Shown piece after piece: positions 1 to 10,056 of a DNA stretch of 64,000 nucleotides. This stretch comes from Lachnospiraceae bacterium (GTDB lineage: Bacteria; Bacillota; Clostridia; Lachnospirales; Lachnospiraceae). The notes beneath the pieces are model-generated. The model searched no databases. It saw only the letters and a program-made list of their open reading frames with translations, and was not told the DNA's origin. The translations under genes were made by a program, and so were the position numbers. The stretch's first letter is position 1. Each line of letters opens with the position of its first letter. The DNA lies in NCBI GenBank assembly GCA_017399445.1, contig JAFQCM010000035.1, forward strand, positions 3,593-67,592, in the 5' to 3' direction.

Positions 1-1084
1 GTGCGCGACCTAAAGCTGCAATCACACCAGTGAAAGAGTTGGTTTTTACAGCATCTTTAAAATCTTCTAAAGCTAATGCAGGGCGAAGGGAAGCATCAGA
101 AAATTGTTCTTTTTTTCCTTCAATTCCAAACTCAGAACCATAGTAAAGAGATGGAACTCCCGGAAGGGTATATAACAATATGTGTACTGGTGCAAAGTGT
201 GCTTTATTACTTAATTTTGTGTAAATTCGCTCTACATCATGGTTATCTACAAAGTTATAAAGTTTCAAACCATCCGGTTTGTTACCACCCATTTCATAAA
301 GTCTTTTTACTGTATGGGCAATTTCAAAATAATTGTGATCATTATGACCGGAAAATAGGGCTTTATGAAGCTGATAATTGGTTACAGAATGTAAGGTTCC
401 TTCATTAACCCAACGACTGTAATCTCCATGAATTACTTCGCCCATCAGCCAGAAATCAGGTTTTACTTCATTTGCTATTTGAAGCAGCATACTCATATAG
501 TCAAAATCAAGTACATCAGCAGCATCTAAACGAATACCATCAATATCATATTCACTTACCCAAAAACGAATTACATCAGCAATATAATCCTTTACAGCAG
601 GATTTTTCTGGTTCAGTTTTACTAATAAATTATAGCCACCCCAGTTTTCATAAGAAAATCCATCATTATATTCATTGTTGCCCCCAAAGTTTACATTACA
701 ATACCAGTCTTTGTAAGGGGAATTTTCTCTGTTTTTCTGAAGATCTTTAAAAGCAAAGAAGTCTCTTCCAGTATGATTGAAAACACCATCTAAAATAACT
801 TTAATTCCTGATTTATGGCATTCTGCCACAAAATTGGTTAAATCCTTATTATCTCCTAGACGACTGTCTAATTTTTTGTAATCGGTAGTTTCATAACCGT
901 GTCCTACAGATTCAAAGAGTGGACCGATGTAAACAGCATTACACCCAATTTCTTTGATGTGTGAAATCCAAGGAATTACAGTGTTTAATCGGTGTTCTAC
1001 TTCCTCATAATTGTTCTCCTTTGGTGCATTTGTCAGACCTAAAGGATAGATGTGATAAAAGATTGCCTCGTCATACCAAGCCAT
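1..1084 (-). CDS. GH13 alpha-amylase-family glycoside hydrolase; 5' part only (about 361 codons), 3' end lies beyond the window start
   Basis: Reverse-strand frame opens at ATG 1084-1082 with GGAGG 8 nt upstream and stays open to position 1: MAWYDEAIFYHIYPLG... GH13 blocks seen: VILDGVFNHTG, DGIRLDAADV, WLMGEVIHGD, FVDNHDVERI. Absent from the ORF track because no stop lies in the window. Confidence 0.85.
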   Translation of the reverse strand, partial: MAWYDEAIFYHIYPLGLTNAPKENNYEEVEHRLNTVIPWISHIKEIGCNAVYIGPLFESVGHGYETTDYKKLDSRLGDNKDLTNFVAECHKSGIKVILDGVFNHTGRDFFAFKDLQKNRENSPYKDWYCNVNFGGNNEYNDGFSYENWGGYNLLVKLNQKNPAVKDYIADVIRFWVSEYDIDGIRLDAADVLDFDYMSMLLQIANEVKPDFWLMGEVIHGDYSRWVNEGTLHSVTNYQLHKALFSGHNDHNYFEIAHTVKRLYEMGGNKPDGLKLYNFVDNHDVERIYTKLSNKAHFAPVHILLYTLPGVPSLYYGSEFGIEGKKEQFSDASLRPALALEDFKDAVKTNSFTGVIAALGRA

Positions 1085-1173
1085 GTTGTTTACCTCCATT
1101 ATTACATATAGTTTTCTTACAATTCATCTAATTGTATCACAAATATTGTAAATTCACAAGGAGAAAACCAACA

Positions 1174-1196
1174 TAAATGGTATTCCTAAATGGTAT
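1174..1196 (+). repeat. Tandem direct repeat TAAATGGTAT x2 with a 3-nt spacer (13-nt period) in the GH13/sbcD divergent intergenic region
   Basis: Exact 10-nt copies at 1174-1183 and 1187-1196, read directly. Confidence 0.6.
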
Positions 1197-1201
1197 GGAT
1201 A

Positions 1202-1229
1202 CTATGAAATTCTTCCTAGAATTTCATAG
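1202..1229. promoter_or_regulatory. Perfect inverted repeat CTATGAAATTCT-tcct-AGAATTTCATAG (12-bp arms); candidate operator
   Basis: Arms 1202-1213 and 1218-1229 are exact reverse complements. It sits between divergent gene starts and has no T-tract, so it is unlikely to be a terminator. Confidence 0.35.
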
Positions 1230-1365
1230 GGTTTCATGTTAGAATAAAGCCATATGTAAAATCTGAAAACAAAGGGTAACAGGAAAAGATTGTATGATAA
1301 AGATGGCATAACGTAAACAAGAATGGTGTTAACAAAAACAAATTAACATAAGAGGTGGGTGTAGA

Positions 1366-2520
1366 ATGAAGTTAATTCATTTATCAGATCTTCATATTGG
1401 AAAACGTATTTACGGTTTTTCTATGTTGGAGGAACAGAAACATATTTTACAACAAATTCTGCAAATGATAAAAAAGGAACAAGCAGATGGGATTATGATT
1501 GCGGGAGATTTATATGACAAAGGAGTGCCTCCGGCAGAAGCTGTACAAGTTTTTGATAAATTTCTTACAGAGCTGGCAGATTTAAATGTACCAATTTTTG
1601 CAATCAGCGGAAATCATGATTCCCCAGAGAGAATTGCTTTTGCTTCTAGTTTATTAAGGGGAAGAAATGTATTTTTTTCTCCTGTTTATGATGGAAATGT
1701 TTGCAGGGTATCTTTGCAAGACAAGTATGGAGAAGTAAATATATACTTACTTCCTTTTTTGAAGCCGTCTATTGTGCGGCATGCTTTGGAAGAAAAATAT
1801 GAAAAAGAATTACAAATTGAATCTTATCAGGAGGCAATAGAAGCTGCCATAAAAGAAATGAATGTAGATAAAGAAAAAAGAAATGTTTTAGTGGCACATC
1901 AGTTTGTAACAGGGGCAAAACAATGCGAGTCAGAAGAATTACAGATAGGTGGAATTGACCAGATTTCGGTGGAAACTTTTGCAGATTTCGATTATGTGGC
2001 ATTAGGACATCTTCACAGTCCCCAAAAAGTAGGAAGAGAAACTGTCCGTTATTGTGGAACACCATTAAAATATTCTTTTTCTGAGGCAGACCATAAAAAA
2101 TCAGTGACAGTAGTGGAATTATTCGAAAAAGGTAAGGTGGAAGTCAGTACCATTCCATTAAAACCTTTCAGAGATTTGCAGAAAATCAAAGGTACTTATT
2201 TAGAAATTACCAGCAAGTCTTTTTATGAAAAGGTGAATCAGGAAAATTATATTCAGGTAACATTAACTGATGAAGAAGATATACCAGATGGTCTGGAGAA
2301 ACTTCGTTTGTTTTATCCAAATCTCATGTGTATGGATTATGATAATAAACGGACAAAAAGTGTCCAGGAAATCAGTGTCACAGAAGAGGTAGAGAGAAAG
2401 TCAGAAATTCAATTGTTTGGAGAATTGTTTGAATTACAGAATAACCAGCAAATGAGTCAGGTGCAAAAGGAGTTTGTCATGGAGCTGATTGAAAAAATTA
2501 AGGAAGGGGGTAACCATTAA
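1366..2520 (+). CDS. sbcD: Exonuclease SbcCD, nuclease subunit D (Mre11-like)
   Basis: 384 aa. Calcineurin-like phosphoesterase motifs HLSDLHIG, AGDLYD, GNHDS, GHLH. SD GAGGTGGG upstream. Stop abuts the sbcC ATG. Confidence 0.95.
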   Translation: MKLIHLSDLHIGKRIYGFSMLEEQKHILQQILQMIKKEQADGIMIAGDLYDKGVPPAEAVQVFDKFLTELADLNVPIFAISGNHDSPERIAFASSLLRGRNVFFSPVYDGNVCRVSLQDKYGEVNIYLLPFLKPSIVRHALEEKYEKELQIESYQEAIEAAIKEMNVDKEKRNVLVAHQFVTGAKQCESEELQIGGIDQISVETFADFDYVALGHLHSPQKVGRETVRYCGTPLKYSFSEADHKKSVTVVELFEKGKVEVSTIPLKPFRDLQKIKGTYLEITSKSFYEKVNQENYIQVTLTDEEDIPDGLEKLRLFYPNLMCMDYDNKRTKSVQEISVTEEVERKSEIQLFGELFELQNNQQMSQVQKEFVMELIEKIKEGGNH

Positions 2521-5500
2521 ATGAAACCATTAAAGTTAACAATGAGTGCCTTCGGACCTTATGCAGGAAAAACAGAAATTGATTTTGAGCAGTTAGGTAA
2601 TCAGGGGGTATTTTTAATTACAGGAGATACTGGAGCAGGAAAAACTACTTTGTTTGATGCCATTACCTTTGCTTTGTTTGGAGAAGCCAGTGGAAGTGTC
2701 AGGGCAGCGGACATGTTTCGAAGTAAGTATGCCAAAGAAGATGTACCAACTTTTGTGGAATTAGTTTTTGATTATCATGGAAAAAGATTTAAAGTGAAAA
2801 GAAATCCTGAATATTTACGCCCAAAAGAACGAGGAACCGGTTTTACTATCCAGAAAAGTGAGGCAGAATTAATTTTCCCAGATGACAGACAACCTGTTAC
2901 CAAAGCAGCAGAAGTTACCAAAGCTGTGGAAGAACTTTTAGGGGTGGATTATCATCAGTTCACCCAAATTGCCATGATTGCCCAAGGAGATTTTCAAAAA
3001 CTTCTGATTGCAGGAACGGCAGAGCGAGGTGAAATATTCCGAAAAATTTTTCATACTAAATTATATCAGGTACTTCAGCTGCAGTTAAAAGAAGAAGAAA
3101 AGAAAAGAAAGGCCGCCTATGATGATACCAGAAAAAGTATCAATCAGTATATGAATGATATTTCCTGTAAGCATAATCTTGTAATTGACAAAGAGTTTCA
3201 AGGGTTAAAAAAGCAAAAATTTGAAGGAACGATAGAACGGGGCTTAGAACTTTTGACCCAGTTAAATGAAACGGATGAAAAACAGTATCAGGAGCTGGAT
3301 GAGAAATACAAATCCCTTTTAAAACAAAAGGACCAGTTGGTAACTCTTTTAGAACAGGTGAAGCAGGGGAAAGAACTTCAGGAAAAATTGGATAAGCAAC
3401 AACTTCAGTTGCAGGAGTTACTTCCGAAAGAAGAACAGGCAAAAAAAAATGTTCAGGAAAAGGAAAAGTATCCAAAAATTTGTGAGGAATTAAAAGAAAA
3501 AATTCGTGTGAAACAGGAACGCCTGATAGAACACGAAAAATTAAAAAAGGAAGAAGAAAATTTTGCTGCACAGCAAGAACAATTAAAGTCACAACAAAAA
3601 CTGCAGAAACAAAAGAAAAATACAGAAGAGTTACTGAAACAGAAAGTGGAAGAAGAAAAGAACAGACTTAGTGATTTAAAGGATGTGGGGGAAGAAAAGG
3701 AAAGACTAAATTATCAGCTGGAGACCGAAAAAGGGAAAAAGACGGAATTGGAACGTTTGAAAAAAATGTGGGAAATCAGTGAGAAACTTTTGAATAATAC
3801 CGGTGAAAAATTAAAGTTACTTGTGAAGGAAAAAAAAGAGTCAGAGAAGAAAGTTTCATTACAGGAAAAAGAACTGCAGGAGAAATTAAAAGAAAAAGAA
3901 AGGGTTCAGGACTCAGAAGTAAAATTAATGCAGATGAAACAAAGGGAAAATCAGCTGAAAGTAAAAGAGGAAAGTTTACAAGAAGTAAAGAAAAAGTTAA
4001 GGAATCTTTCAATGAAAATGAAAGAGGTAAAGAAAAAACAGGAAAAATATCTGCAAATTGTGGTAACTCGGGATGCAGAACGTGAAAAGTGTCAACAGTT
4101 GGAGAAATTGTTTTTAGATGCACAGGCGGGGCTTCTTGCAAAGGATTTAAATGAAGATCGTCCATGTCCTGTATGTGGTTCTTTACACCATCCTAAGTTA
4201 GCTGTTATACCGGAGAAAGCACCTGAAAAAGAAGAATTAGAGAAAGCAAGGGAAGAAGTAGCCCAGTGGGAAGCAAAAGCAGAACAAATCAGTGCACAGG
4301 CAGGAGAACAGCGGATACAGGCAGGGCAGGAAGCAGCGGAATTGGTAAAGAAGTTTTCGGAAGAAATGACAGAAGAATTTTCAAAAGAAAAGTTTCTAGC
4401 CGATGAACAGATTTATTTGGAAAAATGGAGTGAAGAAATTAAGGTACAAGAAGAAAAACTTGAAAAAGACAATCAGGAACTTGAAGCTGAAAGAAAGAAG
4501 TTATTAGAAGAAAAGAAAGCATTTGAAGAGGTCACAAGACTGATTGAAGACGTAGAAAGTGAAAAACAACAACTACAGATTATTCTTGCCCAAAAAGAGC
4601 AGGAGCTGGCAACAACAGAAGGAGAAAAATCCGTACAGGAACAGCAATATTTTTCCGCAAGAGAAGAAATAATAAATTTTGTAAAAGGGAAGGATATGGC
4701 GGAGTATGCCCAAAAAATTTCTGAATCGAATCACGTACTTTTTATAGTTGATGAGATTTTACAAGTATTAGAAAACCAACTGTTGGAGTTTAAGAAAAAG
4801 ATACAGGAAAACCATGAAAGAGTATCTCAAAAGAAAGCATTAGAAGAAAATATTCCGAAATTGGAAGAACAACAAAGTCAGCTGGCAATAGAGCTTCAAC
4901 AAATGGCTATTGATTTGGAACGTAAATATACCACAATAGAACAGCAAAATCAGCTTGTTGAAAGTCTGAAGGAAAAGCTTCAGGGTGATAGTAAAGAGGA
5001 AACAAAAGAAAAAATTGAAATTTATAAGTCACAAGTTTTAACTATGGAAAAAGAACGGAGAGAGGCAGAGAATACCTATCAAACATACAAAACTGAAATT
5101 GGAAAATTGAAAGCTTCTATAGAAACTTTAGAAAGTCAGAAAAAGAAAAATGAAAGTATCAAAGAAGAAGAATTAATACAGAAAAAACAACAATTAGAAG
5201 AAGAACAGGAGATACTTTCAAAAGAGTTAAAAGAACATTATAGTGTAATGCAGATAAATCTGGGGATTTATAGAACTGTTTCTGAACATCAAAAGACTTT
5301 AGTGCAGGCAGAACAGGAATATGTATGGTTAAAAGCACTTTCGGACACTGCCAATGGTAATGTGGTTAAAAAGCGAAAGATTGAGCTGGAAACCTATGTA
5401 CAAATGGCATATTTTGACCGTATTTTAAAACGTGCTAATAAAAGACTACTTATGATGAGCGGAAATCAGTACGAATTAAAACGCCAGGAAGATGGAGAGA

Positions 5501-5883
5501 ACAAAAAAGAAAAAAGTGGATTGGAATTAAATGTAATTGACCACTACAATGGAACGGAACGAAGTGTAAAAACCTTATCCGGTGGGGAATCTTTTCAGGC
5601 ATCCCTTTCTCTTGCGTTAGGACTTTCTGATGAAATTCAGGCAAGTGCAGGTGGAATTAGCCTGGACGCCATGTTTATTGATGAAGGTTTTGGTTCGTTG
5701 GATGAAGAATCTTTAAAGCATGCAATGAAAGCATTGAATGGACTGGCAGAGGGACAACGTTTGGTAGGAATAATTTCTCATGTGGCAGAATTAAAAGAAC
5801 GGATTGATAAAAAAATTTTTATTACGAAAAGCAGAAGCAAGGACGGTGTAGGAAGTACAGCAGAGATTGTAACATCCTTTTAA
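2521..5883 (+). CDS. sbcC: Exonuclease SbcCD, ATPase subunit C (Rad50-like SMC ATPase)
   Basis: 1120 aa. Walker A GDTGAGKTT and a very long K/E/Q-rich coiled coil. Central zinc hook CPVCG (nt 4165-4179). C-terminal LSGGE signature and FIDEGFGSLD. Confidence 0.95.
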   Translation: MKPLKLTMSAFGPYAGKTEIDFEQLGNQGVFLITGDTGAGKTTLFDAITFALFGEASGSVRAADMFRSKYAKEDVPTFVELVFDYHGKRFKVKRNPEYLRPKERGTGFTIQKSEAELIFPDDRQPVTKAAEVTKAVEELLGVDYHQFTQIAMIAQGDFQKLLIAGTAERGEIFRKIFHTKLYQVLQLQLKEEEKKRKAAYDDTRKSINQYMNDISCKHNLVIDKEFQGLKKQKFEGTIERGLELLTQLNETDEKQYQELDEKYKSLLKQKDQLVTLLEQVKQGKELQEKLDKQQLQLQELLPKEEQAKKNVQEKEKYPKICEELKEKIRVKQERLIEHEKLKKEEENFAAQQEQLKSQQKLQKQKKNTEELLKQKVEEEKNRLSDLKDVGEEKERLNYQLETEKGKKTELERLKKMWEISEKLLNNTGEKLKLLVKEKKESEKKVSLQEKELQEKLKEKERVQDSEVKLMQMKQRENQLKVKEESLQEVKKKLRNLSMKMKEVKKKQEKYLQIVVTRDAEREKCQQLEKLFLDAQAGLLAKDLNEDRPCPVCGSLHHPKLAVIPEKAPEKEELEKAREEVAQWEAKAEQISAQAGEQRIQAGQEAAELVKKFSEEMTEEFSKEKFLADEQIYLEKWSEEIKVQEEKLEKDNQELEAERKKLLEEKKAFEEVTRLIEDVESEKQQLQIILAQKEQELATTEGEKSVQEQQYFSAREEIINFVKGKDMAEYAQKISESNHVLFIVDEILQVLENQLLEFKKKIQENHERVSQKKALEENIPKLEEQQSQLAIELQQMAIDLERKYTTIEQQNQLVESLKEKLQGDSKEETKEKIEIYKSQVLTMEKERREAENTYQTYKTEIGKLKASIETLESQKKKNESIKEEELIQKKQQLEEEQEILSKELKEHYSVMQINLGIYRTVSEHQKTLVQAEQEYVWLKALSDTANGNVVKKRKIELETYVQMAYFDRILKRANKRLLMMSGNQYELKRQEDGENKKEKSGLELNVIDHYNGTERSVKTLSGGESFQASLSLALGLSDEIQASAGGISLDAMFIDEGFGSLDEESLKHAMKALNGLAEGQRLVGIISHVAELKERIDKKIFITKSRSKDGVGSTAEIVTSF

Positions 5884-5941
5884 AAAACACTTCCGAAATT
5901 GTTAGTGAAATTATGAGAAATGAAAAAAATCGAAAATCCTA

Positions 5942-5970
5942 TTGACAAACAAAAGTAAAAGGATTAAAAT
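5942..5970 (+). promoter_or_regulatory. Sigma-A type promoter for the trp T-box leader
   Basis: TTGACA (5942-5947), 17-nt spacer, TAAAAT (5965-5970). Confidence 0.7.
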
Positions 5971-5977
5971 TCAACTT

Positions 5978-6281
5978 AGTTTAACAGAAGAATAAGAAAC
6001 CGATGAGCGAGAGAAGTAGACTGAGGAGAACGCTTTCAGAGAGCTGCAGATGGTGGGATTGCAGTAGTAATGTTGTAGACATAGAATCAGTTGAATGGAC
6101 TTGTGAGGGCAGACTGAAATGTAAAAAGTAGGTTCTGACGGGATTCCAACCCGTTATAAAGTGGATGCATATGTTAGTATGCAGAGCAAGCGGATGTATA
6201 ACATCAATCAGGGTGGTACCGCAGGAGTGAACTTATAACTCTTGTCCCTATGCAGAAATGTGTAGGGGCAGGAGTTTTTTT
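5978..6281 (+). promoter_or_regulatory. T-box riboswitch leader, probable tryptophan specifier (UGG)
   Basis: Stem I elements: GAGAGA/AGTA near 6008-6018 and distal-loop GNUGGNA match GGTGGGA (6053-6059) in hairpin CTGCA...TGCAG. GAA-TGG-A specifier context, with TGG at 6096-6098. F-box-like CCGTTA at about 6151. T-box sequence AATCAGGGTGGTACCGCAGG (6206-6225). Terminator CTCTTGTCCCTAT/GTAGGGGCAGGAG (6239-6274) plus T7 (6275-6281). Confidence 0.85.
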
Positions 6282-6415
6282 ATTTATAGAGAATTTTCCA
6301 AAAATTAGGTCAACACGTGGCTGGCATTGAAAAATACATCACAGTAAGTTCTGGATACTTCGGTTATCAAAATCAGGAGGGAAAAAATGTTTCCAAGTTA
6401 CAGGAGGTTATAGAG

Positions 6416-7426
6416 ATGATTAAAGAAGCAATTTATAAAGTAGTCAATAAAGAAGATTTAACCTATGAAATGGCAGAAGAAGTAATGGATGAAATTATGA
6501 GTGGAAAGGCAACGGAAATTCAGATTTCGTCGTTCTTAACAGCACTTCGTATGAAAGGAGAAACCATTGAAGAAATTACAGCCTGTGCCGCTGGTATGAG
6601 AAAACATTGTACCAGATTGCTTCATGACATGGATGTATTAGAAATCGTAGGAACTGGTGGGGATGAAGCTAATACATTTAATATTTCAACTACATCTGCA
6701 TTAGTAGTTGCTGCTGCCGGTGTTCCGGTAGCAAAACATGGAAACCGTAGTGTATCTAGTAAATGTGGTGCAGCAGATGTATTGGAAGCATTAGGAGTTA
6801 AAATCACCATTTCAGCAGAAGAAAGTGCAGAAATCTTAAATAAAATTGGAATCTGCTTTATGTTTGCCCAGACTTATCATTCCTCTATGAAATATGTAGC
6901 ACCGGTTAGAAAGGGATTAGGAATTCGGACAGTATTTAATATTCTTGGACCACTAACCAATCCTGCGGGAGCTAATATGGAACTTTTAGGAGTATATGAT
7001 GAAGATTTAGTGGAACCTTTAGCAAAAGTTATGCTGAGATTGGGAGTAAAGAGCGGAATTATAGCATATGGGCAGGACGGATTGGATGAAATTTCTTTAA
7101 GTGCCAAAACCACTTGTTGCGAAATTCGAAATGGTGCTTTAAGAAAATTTGAATTTAATCCAGAAGATTATGGTTACAAATTTTGCAAAAAAGAAGATTT
7201 GGTAGGAGGAAACCCACAGGAAAATGCAGCTATTACAAGGGCTATTTTAAATGGTGAAAAGGGACCAAAAAGAGATGCAGTAATTTTAAATTCTGCTGCC
7301 AGCATTTATATTGCAAAAGAAAATATTACTTTTCAAGATGCGATTAAAATAGCGGAAGATACAATTGACAGTGGAAAAGCAAAAGAAAAGCTTGAAAAGT
7401 TCATAGAATTTTCCAATCAGTATTAA
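6416..7426 (+). CDS. trpD: Anthranilate phosphoribosyltransferase
   Basis: Motifs [30 protein letters not shown]. Start moved from the track GTG 6317 to ATG 6416, which has AGGAGG 8 nt upstream. N-terminus [10 protein letters not shown]... aligns with other TrpD N-termini as I recall them. Confidence 0.93.
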   Translation: MIKEAIYKVVNKEDLTYEMAEEVMDEIMSGKATEIQISSFLTALRMKGETIEEITACAAGMRKHCTRLLHDMDVLEIVGTGGDEANTFNISTTSALVVAAAGVPVAKHGNRSVSSKCGAADVLEALGVKITISAEESAEILNKIGICFMFAQTYHSSMKYVAPVRKGLGIRTVFNILGPLTNPAGANMELLGVYDEDLVEPLAKVMLRLGVKSGIIAYGQDGLDEISLSAKTTCCEIRNGALRKFEFNPEDYGYKFCKKEDLVGGNPQENAAITRAILNGEKGPKRDAVILNSAASIYIAKENITFQDAIKIAEDTIDSGKAKEKLEKFIEFSNQY

Positions 7427-7438
7427 AAGGAGTACCTT

Positions 7439-8233
7439 ATGATTTTACAAAAAATAGCAGAATCTACCAAAGTTAGGGTAGAAAAGGAAAAAGAAAAAAT
7501 TTCATATGAAGAAATGATAGAAATGGCTGGAAAATTACCAAAAGGAAATTTTGCTTTTGAGAAGGTAATAATGAAGGCTGGAATCCATTTTATATGTGAA
7601 GTAAAAAAAGCTTCTCCGTCCAAAGGGATTATTGCAGAGTATTTTCCCTATTTAGAAATAGCCAAAGATTATGAGGCGGCAGGAGCAGACTGCATTTCCG
7701 TATTAACAGAGCCGGAATTTTTTAAAGGAAGTAATGAATATTTAAGAGAAATTAAAGAAGTGGTACAAATTCCGGTAATCCGGAAAGATTTTATTATCGA
7801 TGAATATCAGATTTATCAGGCAAAAACCTTACAAGCTGACTGTGTGTTGCTAATTTGCTCTTTGCTAGATACTGATACTTTGAAAAAGTATATTCAGATT
7901 TGCGATGAACTGGGAATGTCAGCTTTAGTAGAAGCCCATGATGAAGCAGAAATTGAAAGTGCTATAAAAGCAGGGGCACGAATGATTGGTGTAAATAATA
8001 GGGATTTAAAGACTTTTACTGTAGATATTCATAATAGTGAACGGTTACGAAAACTGGTGCCGGAACACATTGCTTTTGTAGCAGAAAGTGGTATTAAAAC
8101 AAATGAAGATATTGAAGTGTTACGGGAAGCTAATGTTAATGGGGTATTGATTGGTGAAACGCTGATGAAAAGTGAAAATAAGGCAAAAATGCTAGCAGAG
8201 TTAAAAGGGGGAAACTATGGAAACGAAAATTAA
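7439..8233 (+). CDS. trpC: Indole-3-glycerol phosphate synthase
   Basis: 264 aa. Motifs ICEVKKASPSKG, SVLTE, IRKDFI, GVNNRDL. Confidence 0.95.
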   Translation: MILQKIAESTKVRVEKEKEKISYEEMIEMAGKLPKGNFAFEKVIMKAGIHFICEVKKASPSKGIIAEYFPYLEIAKDYEAAGADCISVLTEPEFFKGSNEYLREIKEVVQIPVIRKDFIIDEYQIYQAKTLQADCVLLICSLLDTDTLKKYIQICDELGMSALVEAHDEAEIESAIKAGARMIGVNNRDLKTFTVDIHNSERLRKLVPEHIAFVAESGIKTNEDIEVLREANVNGVLIGETLMKSENKAKMLAELKGGNYGNEN

Positions 8234-8879
8234 AATATGTGGTTTAAGAAGACCAGAAGATATTGCATATGTAAATGAGTTTTTGCCAGATTATATCGGA
8301 TTTATTTTCTTTCCTAAAAGTAAACGTTATGTAACCAATGAAGAAGCAAAGAAATTAAAAAACTTTTTAAATCCAGAAATAAAGGCTGTTGGCGTTTTTG
8401 TAAATGAGGAAATAGATAAGATTATAACCTTGTGCAAAGACGGAATTATTGATATAATACAACTTCATGGGGACGAAAATACAGAATACATAAATCTGTT
8501 AAAAGAAAAGTTAAGGGAGTTGGGACTTGAACAGAAGATTTCCATCATGAAAGCCTTCAGAGTAAAGGGAAAACAGGATATTGAAGCTGCACTTAAACTG
8601 CAAAACCAGACAGATTATCTTTTGCTGGATGCTTATGGTAAAGAGGCTTATGGAGGAACTGGAGAAACTTTTCGGCATGAATTAATTCCAAAAGATATGC
8701 CGCCTTACTTTCTGGCAGGTGGTATTGGAGTAGATAATGTAGTAGAAATTATAGTGAAAATGCACCCTTTTGCGGTAGATTTGAGCAGTGGGGTAGAAAC
8801 GAATGGGTTTAAAGATAAAGAAAAGATTAAAAAAATCATAGAAATGGTAAGAAGTATTAAGGAGGAAGAACATGAGTAA
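8217..8879 (+). CDS. trpF: Phosphoribosylanthranilate isomerase
   Basis: 220 aa. KICGL N-terminus, QLHG, DLSSGVE. Overlaps trpC by 17 nt. Confidence 0.93.
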   Translation: METKIKICGLRRPEDIAYVNEFLPDYIGFIFFPKSKRYVTNEEAKKLKNFLNPEIKAVGVFVNEEIDKIITLCKDGIIDIIQLHGDENTEYINLLKEKLRELGLEQKISIMKAFRVKGKQDIEAALKLQNQTDYLLLDAYGKEAYGGTGETFRHELIPKDMPPYFLAGGIGVDNVVEIIVKMHPFAVDLSSGVETNGFKDKEKIKKIIEMVRSIKEEEHE

Positions 8880-10056
8880 AGGAAGATTTGGAAGATACGG
8901 TGGACAGTATATACCGGAAACATTAATGAATGCAGTAATTGAATTGGAGAATGCTTATAATCATTATAAAGATGATCCGGAATTTAAGGAAGAACTTGCA
9001 ACTTTATATAAGGAATATGCAGGACGTCCATCACTTTTATATTATGCAGAAAAAATGACAAAAGATTTAGGTGGAGCAAAAATATACTTAAAAAGAGAAG
9101 ATTTAAATCATACTGGTTCTCACAAAATCAACAATGTATTAGGACAGTGTCTTTTAGCTAAAAAAATGGGGAAAACCAGAGTGATCGCAGAAACCGGTGC
9201 CGGACAACATGGTGTGGCGACTGCAACAGTAGCAGCCTTAATGGGAATGGAATGTGAAATTTTCATGGGAAAAGAAGATACTGAACGTCAGGCATTAAAT
9301 GTATATCGTATGGAATTATTAGGGGCTAAGGTTCATGCAGTTACCAGTGGAACACAGACCTTAAAGGATGCAGTAAATGAAACTATGAGAGAATGGACCA
9401 GACGAGTAGAAGATACTCACTATGTGTTAGGTTCTGTTATGGGACCATTCCCATTCCCAACCATTGTTCGTGATTTCCAGAAAATTATTGGAGAGGAAAT
9501 TAAAAAGCAAATGATGGAAGCGGAAGGAAAACTTCCAGATGCAGTGATTGCTTGTGTTGGTGGAGGTAGTAATGCGATAGGAGCATTTTATGAGTTTATT
9601 GAAGACAAAACTGTAGAATTAATTGGATGCGAGGCAGCAGGTTTGGGAGTAGATAATCCTAAGAATGCGGCAACTATTGCCAACGGTAGTGAAGGAATTT
9701 TCCATGGAATGAAATCTATTTTCTGTCAGGATGAATATGGTCAGATTGCACCAGTTTATTCTATTTCAGCAGGTTTGGATTATCCTGGAATCGGACCAGA
9801 ACACGCTATGTTAAATGATTTAGGAAGAGCACGTTATGTGCCGATTACTGATGATGAAGCGGTAGCAGCTTTTGAATATTTATCTAAAGTAGAGGGAATT
9901 ATTCCTGCTATTGAAAGTTCCCATGCGGTAGCTTATGCCATGAAGTATGCAGGAACACTTCCAAAGGATAAAATTGTAGTGATTAATATTTCAGGACGTG
10001 GAGATAAAGACGTTGCAGCAATTGCAAGATATAGAGGAGTGAAAATTTATGAGTAG
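8872..10056 (+). CDS. trpB: Tryptophan synthase beta chain
   Basis: 394 aa. Motifs [21 protein letters not shown] (PLP lysine), GGGSNAIG. 8-nt overlap with trpF. Confidence 0.97.
   Translation: MSKGRFGRYGGQYIPETLMNAVIELENAYNHYKDDPEFKEELATLYKEYAGRPSLLYYAEKMTKDLGGAKIYLKREDLNHTGSHKINNVLGQCLLAKKMGKTRVIAETGAGQHGVATATVAALMGMECEIFMGKEDTERQALNVYRMELLGAKVHAVTSGTQTLKDAVNETMREWTRRVEDTHYVLGSVMGPFPFPTIVRDFQKIIGEEIKKQMMEAEGKLPDAVIACVGGGSNAIGAFYEFIEDKTVELIGCEAAGLGVDNPKNAATIANGSEGIFHGMKSIFCQDEYGQIAPVYSISAGLDYPGIGPEHAMLNDLGRARYVPITDDEAVAAFEYLSKVEGIIPAIESSHAVAYAMKYAGTLPKDKIVVINISGRGDKDVAAIARYRGVKIYE

Noticed and set aside
76-750. Track ORFs 76-408 and 472-750 on the plus strand
   Set aside because: Both lie antisense to the clearly homologous GH13 gene on the minus strand (1-1084). 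Their composition is odd (H/Q/Y/L-rich) and they have no SD, so they are shadow ORFs.
3140-4165. Minus-strand ORFs of 150 and 129 aa inside sbcC
   Set aside because: The sense strand is GAA/AAG/AAA-rich coiled-coil coding, which leaves the antisense frames open (F/L/S-rich products). They have no start context and overlap a well-supported gene.
6051-6056. TGGTGG as the T-box Trp specifier
   Set aside because: It lies in the terminal loop of a hairpin and matches the conserved distal-loop motif GNUGGNA (GGTGGGA). The specifier is better placed at GAA-TGG-A (6096-6098), on the 3' side of stem I.
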